Shown here: positions 57,158-64,000 of the stretch, one piece after another
Numbering within the stretch: position 1 is the first letter of the stretch
Layout: every line of letters starts with the position of its first letter
DNA from: Gemmatimonadota bacterium
Lineage (GTDB): Bacteria > JBHIER01 > G020348925
NCBI GenBank assembly: GCA_020348925.1
Contig: CP070758.1
Coordinates: 4,045,688-4,109,687 of the forward strand
Length of the DNA: 64,000 nucleotides
Reading direction: 5' to 3'
The notes under the pieces: model-generated
The model's input: only the letters and a program-made list of their open reading frames with translations
Databases searched by the model: none
What the model was told of the DNA's origin: nothing
Translations under genes and position numbers: made by a program

Positions 57158-59353
57158 CTACCGGATGACGGCTATCTTTTTCGTCTCGACAAAATCCTCG
57201 GTTCTGATCGAATAGAGATAAATCCCTGACGCAACCGTCTTTCCGTGCTCATTCTTTCCTTCCCAGTAGCTTTCGCTCTCCTCGAGAATAACCACGTTCT
57301 GGTACGGGCCTGCTTTTAATTCGCCCAGGTTCTTTTCCCATACCAAATCCCCGGCTATGCTGCGTATGCTCAAAATGACTTCAGCATCTTTGTAAAGATT
57401 GAAGGGGAAATAGGTTTTTTTGTGCTCGGAAATTTTAAAGGGGCTCGGAAAATTCTGCATGACGGCACTCGGAATGGTACCGGCACCGCTTAAACCGATC
57501 GTGATCTCCTGTGCAGCCGGATCATCACTCGTGAGTGTGACAGAACCGGTGATGACACCGATTTCATTGGGACGAAACGTCACAACAATTGCAATGCTCC
57601 CCAAGACATCGAGGGTCTGCGGGAGTGACACGTCCTGAATCGTAAATATGCTTTCAGGCATAGCGGACACAGTATAGAGAGTACGAGCGCCTGTCCCTCG
57701 GTTGGAGACGATCATCTCCCAGTCAGCCGTATGGCCCAGGAGCACACTGCCGAAATCGTGCGGGGCGTCGGATACCTCGAGACTTGCACCCAAGTCCGGA
57801 TCATATTCCGCATCATAAGTGTACGTATAATTTTGTCCTGATGTCGATACCACACTGGGAATAAGTGCGATCTCAAGATAATCCTTCCAGTTTCTGGTGG
57901 CATGGACACCTCTGTTGAGGTCGTCAAGTGTCATCTCCCTGGCAAAGTGGGTTTCTGAATTCAGATATTCAATAACCATCACCTTCCAATTCGGATTGGA
58001 GATCCCGGTAAATGAGATCCGCAAGCCGCCGATGGTTTTTCGAGGGGCAAAGCCTATATAGTTGGCGCCCAAGTGGTTCACCAGTCCGGAGCCGGACGCA
58101 GGATAGGACAGGTGTCTCTCCTCAAATTTCAGCAGAGGATAATCAGCACCTTCTTCATAATATAAGTTCGGATTTGAACGGCTTCCCGTGAAATAGTTCC
58201 ATACGGAAAACCCTTGAAATGCCTCCGCCAAGCTGCTACCTCTCTCGGTTAAGGCCGTTTGCATGGCATTCAGGGCATTTGTCGTCACACACCCCTCCCA
58301 GATCTCTCTTATAATATCGACGTGATATTTCTTTGAAAGGAAGATGGCCCAAATGCAACTTGCATATTCGTGTCGTCCATTGAACTCATCGAGGGACGCT
58401 TCCGGATCGTCAAAGAACCATCGCAGGTAGGCGAAATAATCGTTGACGTCGTCATACATCATATCTTCCATCCATACCGATGAAATCTCCATCCAGTATC
58501 GGTCGGATTCCTCAACGGCATCGTAGCCAAAATGGATGGCATGGAAAAATTCGTGGGCCGCGGTGACCTTCAACCCGTCGAGGGAGAGCTTTCCCTGATT
58601 ATAACTCGGATACCAATCATAGTCATTGTCAACGACAATGTAACTCGTGGCACTCCGACCGGTGGTCACATATTCACCCTGCGTGTATCCGAAAACCGTC
58701 TGCCAGCCAAGATCTTCAATGTAAACGTCGTATCGCGAATCGTCCCCGAAGTCCTCTCCCTGGGGATACCAGTCTCCGTCTTGAGGTGGCGCCTGGTAGC
58801 CCAAGGCATCGACCTCTCGTGTCCAGACATAATCAAAAATAGCGCCACAGTCGTTCACATAATCCGGAACAGTATCCCTCGGATTGACATCAATCGAATC
58901 CGGGGCATCATCGGTCGTTCGAACGTACCAAATTCTGAAGTGACCGCTCGGCGTGTCGTAGAATTCAGGATCTGTTGTATACGCGTGCCCCCAAGAAGGG
59001 TCCTGACCAGCTTCTGTGGGCCGCAGCAAATAGGGCAGAAGTTGAGCCTGGGTCTCCGGACTCAGTACGGACCACTGACTTCCTATTTCCATGAAAAGCG
59101 ATGTGGCGCACTTTTCCGGTCCAAGACCTTCAGCCTTAAATCGAGCATCAACATTCTGAGGTCGAAAGATTGAAAAGACTTTCTGAACCAGCGCGGTTTC
59201 ATAGTCAATCGTTCCCTCATCGTACGCTTCATCGATGACCGAAAACCGCGTCTCTCCCCGCAGCTCCGCAGAAACCCACCGGATATTGAAAAAAGAAATG
59301 ATGAAAATGAACACGACACAAATCTGATGAGATGTAATATGCGATTTTTGCAC
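57158..59353 (-). CDS. Secreted zinc metalloprotease (MXAN_6640-like) + ASH + variant CTD
   Basis: KCAT propeptide Cys, AAHEFFHAIHFGY, WME...WMED; AAGGAGG RBS before GTG; C-terminus SGIYLY...KKIAVIR. Confidence 0.82.
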   Translation of the reverse strand: MQKSHITSHQICVVFIFIISFFNIRWVSAELRGETRFSVIDEAYDEGTIDYETALVQKVFSIFRPQNVDARFKAEGLGPEKCATSLFMEIGSQWSVLSPETQAQLLPYLLRPTEAGQDPSWGHAYTTDPEFYDTPSGHFRIWYVRTTDDAPDSIDVNPRDTVPDYVNDCGAIFDYVWTREVDALGYQAPPQDGDWYPQGEDFGDDSRYDVYIEDLGWQTVFGYTQGEYVTTGRSATSYIVVDNDYDWYPSYNQGKLSLDGLKVTAAHEFFHAIHFGYDAVEESDRYWMEISSVWMEDMMYDDVNDYFAYLRWFFDDPEASLDEFNGRHEYASCIWAIFLSKKYHVDIIREIWEGCVTTNALNAMQTALTERGSSLAEAFQGFSVWNYFTGSRSNPNLYYEEGADYPLLKFEERHLSYPASGSGLVNHLGANYIGFAPRKTIGGLRISFTGISNPNWKVMVIEYLNSETHFAREMTLDDLNRGVHATRNWKDYLEIALIPSVVSTSGQNYTYTYDAEYDPDLGASLEVSDAPHDFGSVLLGHTADWEMIVSNRGTGARTLYTVSAMPESIFTIQDVSLPQTLDVLGSIAIVVTFRPNEIGVITGSVTLTSDDPAAQEITIGLSGAGTIPSAVMQNFPSPFKISEHKKTYFPFNLYKDAEVILSIRSIAGDLVWEKNLGELKAGPYQNVVILEESESYWEGKNEHGKTVASGIYLYSIRTEDFVETKKIAVIR

Positions 59354-59681
59354 ATGGACCTCCTTCGTCGACTCAAGCTGCAATATAATACAGTATACAT
59401 GATTCTTTCGTACAAATCAAGCAGTTTTCGAATGCTGTTCTACGCCGTCCTCCGTTTGGCGCCCTTGATTCCCTGTGCATTCTTCTTAACGGAGTGATAA
59501 AGGCCCAAATAGTTCCCACAAAAATACGAATTGCAGCATTCGCCCAGAATGCTTCCGAGGAAAACCCAATCTGTACGGTCGTACGAAAGTCAGCAGAAGA
59601 GCTCTGCATGAGAGGGATATGGCTTCATACCGATCGGGAACATGTTGATGTGTGAAGACAGGCAGAATGGAACATTTTGTA

Positions 59682-60506
59682 TCACATGTTATTCCGAAGA
59701 TTTTCCAGCTCCTTCAGCCACGACATCGGGACCTTGAATCGACCGATAGCCGCCATATTTGTGTGGGGCCCATGAAAATCAGATCCCCCTGTCACAATCA
59801 GTCCGAATTTGCGAGCAACATCGGTATAATGTTTCGTGACAGATGGATTATGATCCGGATGAATAACCTCCAAACCTTGTAGGCCTTGAGCTATAAAACC
59901 GGGTATGAGCTCATCTTTTTTCACTGTTCCGGGATGAGCGTAGACGGATATGCCCCCGGCTGACCGGACCAGGTCGATGGCCTCAGCCAGGGACATCTTA
60001 AATTTAGGCACATATGCAGGATTATTATAGCCGAGGAACCGAACAAAAGCTTCATTGAATGACGTCACGAACTGTTCTTGCAGTAACGCCTCGGCAATAT
60101 GGGGTCTTCCAATAGATCCTTCTCCAGCGATCTTTCGAACGTTTTCAAAGTCAATGGGGATACCCAGCTCGTTCAGTTTTTGAACGATCTTCTCCGCTCT
60201 CTCTTCACGAACTTTTCTGAAAAACTCCAATCTCTTTGCAAATTGACTGTCTGTGTAATCTATGTAATACCCCAGAAGGTGCATATCTATTCCATTCATC
60301 GTGACACTCAACTCAACACCTGGGACAACCTGGCAGTCGAGATTTTTTGCCGAATGGATGGCTGGAACGATACCTTCGATCGCATCATGATCAGTGATAG
60401 CAATGGCCTTCAGATCGGTTTGGAGGGCAAGCTCTACGATCTTCTCAGGTGATACTGTACCATCAGATGCTGTCGTGTGCACATGAAGATCCGCAAATCC
60501 TTCCAT
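59682..60506 (-). CDS. PHP-domain phosphoesterase
   Basis: DLHVHTTASDG, ITDHD, GRPH, AHP, GGSDFHG. Confidence 0.93.
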   Translation of the reverse strand: MEGFADLHVHTTASDGTVSPEKIVELALQTDLKAIAITDHDAIEGIVPAIHSAKNLDCQVVPGVELSVTMNGIDMHLLGYYIDYTDSQFAKRLEFFRKVREERAEKIVQKLNELGIPIDFENVRKIAGEGSIGRPHIAEALLQEQFVTSFNEAFVRFLGYNNPAYVPKFKMSLAEAIDLVRSAGGISVYAHPGTVKKDELIPGFIAQGLQGLEVIHPDHNPSVTKHYTDVARKFGLIVTGGSDFHGPHTNMAAIGRFKVPMSWLKELENLRNNM

Positions 60507-60662
60507 TGTTCTCCTCACCACAACATGTGAATACGAATTCACTCGGCAAAGGGTCAAACAAACACGACATTGTCGTTATGCGAAAAGCCAACACGAAATC
60601 ATAAGTTCCTTTCAAAGATATATCCAAAAGAGATAAAGTCAATCGATTTCTACAATTTAAAA

Positions 60663-60703
60663 TGTCCAAAAATAAGGACAAACATTGTCCTAATTTGAGG
60701 ACA
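60663..60703. promoter_or_regulatory. Tandem palindromic UAS-like sites
   Basis: TGTCC-N8-GGACA at 60663-60680 and 60686-60703. Confidence 0.7.
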
Positions 60704-60781
60704 ATTGGGGTTCAAAGAGTACTGCCCATGGCATGGCACGTGATCGGTTGAAAAGGGGCACAGGCACCTATGGATCATACA

Positions 60782-60794
60782 CAACCTATTGATA
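60782..60794 (-). promoter_or_regulatory. IHF-binding site
   Basis: TATCAATAGGTTG matches WATCAANNNNTTR. Confidence 0.6.
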
Positions 60795-60857
60795 TTCATT
60801 ATAATATTAAATTCCCGATAATACTTGCCAGTCAAAGGATGCGTCTGTTTCCCCTTG

Positions 60858-60873
60858 TGGTATACAATTTGCG
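60858..60873 (+). promoter_or_regulatory. Sigma54 (-24/-12) promoter
   Basis: TGGTATACAATTTGCG, GG-N10-GC. Confidence 0.72.
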
Positions 60874-60925
60874 TTGGAGATGAATTGAGACGAACGATGA
60901 ACGAGCATTCTGAAAATAGGAGATT

Positions 60926-61753
60926 TTGAACATGAAAAAGAGAACGAAAATGATTCTTCTCATCGGATTCGCGAGCCTCCTGGTCGGATGTGAAGAGGAA
61001 CGCCGCTGTTTCCGTCCCGATTACACTCCCCCAGCTGTACCAAGAGGGGTCACGAGCGTGACCGGTAACTGGGAGGTCTATATCTCCTGGTATCCAAACA
61101 ACGATCAGGACCTCGCCGGTTATAATGTGTATGTCGGTTCAGAGCCCGAGGGGTATTACACCCTCATCGCCTCGACACCGTCTGCCAATTTTGTTGACCG
61201 CGATGTCCTCAACGGCGAAACATATTACTACGCCGTAAGCGCCTACGATTACAGTGGCAACGAGAGTGAACTGAGTTTCGATCTTGTCTTTGACACGCCC
61301 AGACCTGAAGGATGGGGCGCACGACTGTGGGACCTTCATATCTTTCCGAACGATGCCGGTTACGACTTCTCCTCTCAGCTGGTGCTGCCGTATACAGACA
61401 GTCGAGCCGATATATTTTTCGAGATCGACAAGGGGATTCCCTTCATGTGGAGGGCTACGGTCAATACTGACATTCAAGATTTCGGCTATACGACCTCAAT
61501 CGACGATGTTGACTACGCTCCCGAATTCGGATGGATCCTCATGGACTGGCTGGAACTTGTCGCTGGGCATACCTACATAGTCTGGACCGAAGATAACCAC
61601 TTTGCGAAGTTTCGTGTCATCCAAGTAGGAAGCAATTTTCTTACGTTCGACTGGGCCTACCAGGTTGATCCGGGTAACCCGGAATTGAAACTCGTTCGAG
61701 AACGCATTCAGAAGCGAAACAGTGAACTGTCCGAAAGTGAAAGCGTGAGGTGA
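60926..61753 (+). CDS. Lipoprotein with FN3-like domain
   Basis: LVGC lipobox; D.TPPA.P.G...W..N...DLAGY.VY...YYYAVSAYD..GNES. Confidence 0.82.
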   Translation: MNMKKRTKMILLIGFASLLVGCEEERRCFRPDYTPPAVPRGVTSVTGNWEVYISWYPNNDQDLAGYNVYVGSEPEGYYTLIASTPSANFVDRDVLNGETYYYAVSAYDYSGNESELSFDLVFDTPRPEGWGARLWDLHIFPNDAGYDFSSQLVLPYTDSRADIFFEIDKGIPFMWRATVNTDIQDFGYTTSIDDVDYAPEFGWILMDWLELVAGHTYIVWTEDNHFAKFRVIQVGSNFLTFDWAYQVDPGNPELKLVRERIQKRNSELSESESVR

Positions 61754-63084
61754 TTTCAATGATCCGCTCGATAGGACGCGTATTTCTCCTGGCAAGTATA
61801 CTCCTCTCCGGAGTTTCCGCTCTTGAATCACAAGAAGGGGTTACTCATATTCACGAGGGAACGTTTGACCGTTTCGACGTTGATGTGTGGGTGGACAGGG
61901 GTGAAGCTGCGGTCTATTATCCCGGAGAACGCCTTCGAGTCTATTTCAGACCGACCCATGATTGCTATGTTGCCGTATTCAGCATCGACACCGAAGGCTC
62001 TGTCAGGGTCCTGTATCCCTATGGCTACGATGATGATCCTTTCGTATATGGGGGCAGGACTCGGCGCATACCGGATTCCTGGGACCATCATGATTTGCTT
62101 GTCAACGGTCCTTCGGGTATCGAATACATCGTTGCGGTCGCGAGTGCGCGGCCCATCACCATACCCCATTGGCGGAGGTATTATGATACCCGCTACGAAC
62201 CGAACCCTGACCTTATCGACCGCATTACAGGTGATCCTTACGAGGGCATGTTCCACCTGACGAATCTTATCGTACCCGTCGGGTCTCGCGAGCAGGAATA
62301 TATCACAAACAGCACTTACTTTTACATCGAGCAACGAGTATGGTACCCTCGCTATATGTGCTATGATTGCCACCGGCCTCGCCCCGTCTCTTTTCATCCG
62401 TATGTGGATGTCTGCCTTGGTTTTGAAATCGTCATCGTTGATTATGACTGGTACGATGACTGGGCATACTGGAGACCACACCACCCGCCAGTCCGCTACC
62501 GTCGGGGTTGCTGGAGGGTCAGACGACGGACCCAGACAGCACAGACGACGTATACGAATGAGCGGTATGCACGCCGGCGAGGATTTAAGAACATTGGATT
62601 TTCCAAAACCGATGTGGCACCTGTCGACAGAGAAAAGGTGCGAAGCGATTTGGAACACACGTCAGATATTGAGCGGCGTCGTGGGACAGGTCGTTCGACA
62701 GTACCTCCGAACCCCACGGATACAATGAAGGAAAATATCATAAAAGAACAGAGTCCCTCGAGAGAACGCTCGAAGTATGATGCGCAATACGAACGCCGCA
62801 CAGAGCCAACGCTCCCTGAACGAAAACAGGAAAAAACGTCTCCGGAAGATGTGAAAAAGAGAACGGGCAAGACGTCCAAACGGCAACAAAGTTTCTGGGA
62901 TAAGATTACTGATTGGAATAAGAAAAGCAAGAGTACACCCAGTGTTTCAAAGCCGAAATCGAAACCGGAAGAAAAGAAATCATCGAAGCCACACAAGGCA
63001 ACGCCTTCGAAAAAAAGGAAACCATCCACGAAAAGCTCACCACCCAAGAAGGGTACGTCGAGCAAAGGGAGAAAAAAGAGATGA
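61750..63084 (+). CDS. DUF4384-domain exported protein with K/S/R-rich tail
   Basis: Y.PGE....F....DCYV....IDT.G....LYP; CYDCH; low-complexity C-terminus. Confidence 0.78.
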   Translation: MISMIRSIGRVFLLASILLSGVSALESQEGVTHIHEGTFDRFDVDVWVDRGEAAVYYPGERLRVYFRPTHDCYVAVFSIDTEGSVRVLYPYGYDDDPFVYGGRTRRIPDSWDHHDLLVNGPSGIEYIVAVASARPITIPHWRRYYDTRYEPNPDLIDRITGDPYEGMFHLTNLIVPVGSREQEYITNSTYFYIEQRVWYPRYMCYDCHRPRPVSFHPYVDVCLGFEIVIVDYDWYDDWAYWRPHHPPVRYRRGCWRVRRRTQTAQTTYTNERYARRRGFKNIGFSKTDVAPVDREKVRSDLEHTSDIERRRGTGRSTVPPNPTDTMKENIIKEQSPSRERSKYDAQYERRTEPTLPERKQEKTSPEDVKKRTGKTSKRQQSFWDKITDWNKKSKSTPSVSKPKSKPEEKKSSKPHKATPSKKRKPSTKSSPPKKGTSSKGRKKR

Positions 63085-63155
63085 GCTTTCGCCCTGTTCA
63101 CAGTATCGCTCTGTTCCTGACGAACACTGCACGGAATCTGAAAAGGAGGTTGACG

Positions 63156-64000
63156 ATGAAGCCCTGTTTCAAGAAACGGATAATAACCCTGGGAGTCATT
63201 CTATCCCTCACCGGAATATGTCTCTCCGGGGACGGCTATGCTCAAGACGAAGTGCTTATCGGTAAGTTCTTCGGATCGGGGGCCCGTGCCATGGGTATGG
63301 GTGGTGCTTTCCTGGCCGTAGCCGATGATTATTCAGCACTCTATTGGAACCCTGCCGGTCTTGCCCAGATCCCCCGCCTCGAAATCTCCGGCTCCCTCTC
63401 TCACGATCGCATGAGGAACAACGCAACGTATTATGGTTTTGGCATGAAGGACTCTCAATCAAAGACTCGCCTGAATGCTCTCGGTCTGGCCTATCCCCTA
63501 CCAACCGTTCGAGGAAGTCTCGTTTTGGGATTGGGTTACAACCGTCTCAGTAGCTTCGACAATCTGTTAACCATAAACTCAAACAGGATGCCCACGCAAT
63601 ATGTCGATGCCCTGGAAACCGAATCGGGTGGATTGAGCGCGTGGTCAATCGGCGGGGCCATCGATGTCTCACCGTCGCTCTCACTGGGAGGAGCCCTTAA
63701 TATTTGGACGGGAGATGACAGGTATACGTGGGATTATCTGGTCTCCGATACCCAAGATCCTTTTCGGGATTATCGGTATCTTGACACCATCGATGGTGAT
63801 TACAGTGGCGTTGGGTTGAAATTCGGAGCTCTTCTCCGCGCCCGAAGATATGCTTCCTTCGGACTGACCGTTACCTCTCCTGTCACCTTTACGGTCAAAG
63901 AATTCTGGACGCAGCAAACCGACACACTGTTTTTCAGGTATTACGATGAGGGGGAGTTTGAATATGAAATCACAACGCCGTACCGCGTCGGTCTGGGTGG
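63156..64000 (+). CDS. OmpP1/FadL-like outer-membrane protein, 3' end truncated by window
   Basis: Manual translation after AGGAGG: MKPCFKKRII...GARAMGMGGAFLAVADDYSALYWNPAGLAQ. Confidence 0.85.
   Translation, partial: MKPCFKKRIITLGVILSLTGICLSGDGYAQDEVLIGKFFGSGARAMGMGGAFLAVADDYSALYWNPAGLAQIPRLEISGSLSHDRMRNNATYYGFGMKDSQSKTRLNALGLAYPLPTVRGSLVLGLGYNRLSSFDNLLTINSNRMPTQYVDALETESGGLSAWSIGGAIDVSPSLSLGGALNIWTGDDRYTWDYLVSDTQDPFRDYRYLDTIDGDYSGVGLKFGALLRARRYASFGLTVTSPVTFTVKEFWTQQTDTLFFRYYDEGEFEYEITTPYRVGLG

Noticed and set aside
60734-60750. TGGCACG as a second sigma54 -24 element
   Set aside because: No GC at the -12 position.

Overview
Bacterial chromosomal window from a draft assembly (100-N gap at 50896-50995). 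It is probably from an FCB-superphylum lineage such as KSB1, Calditrichota or Latescibacterota; this is inferred from many T9SS-type C-terminal domains (CTDs), PorV-like genes and signal peptides ending before Gln. Housekeeping blocks: pcm, surE, gpsA and three tRNAs (1-5.1 kb); ecfT, truA, transaldolase, HtrA, purB, purC-like, psd, pssA and tatA (38-45.7 kb); galT, era, csp, PorV-like and PHP genes (52-60.5 kb). The main feature is a co-oriented locus of about 29 kb (5.4-34.7 kb). It opens with a lipoprotein / GAF-sigma54 activator / Ser-Thr kinase / TPR module and a sigma54 promoter. Next come a 1670-aa YCF48-repeat protein with three Ig-dockerin-cohesin units, a cohesin-CTD protein, an LVIVD-dockerin protein without a CTD, a propeller protein and seven paralogues sharing an unrecognised Trp/Gly-rich domain of about 210 aa. 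Also notable: a 7-nt DNA periodicity inside eight CTD coding regions, a PurC lacking several active-site residues, a decaying membrane-protein family beside an RPE-like palindrome, and a second sigma54 promoter with tandem UAS-like sites and an IHF site. No CRISPR array, rRNA, transposase, integrase or reverse transcriptase was seen. All family assignments come from motif recognition, not database searches.
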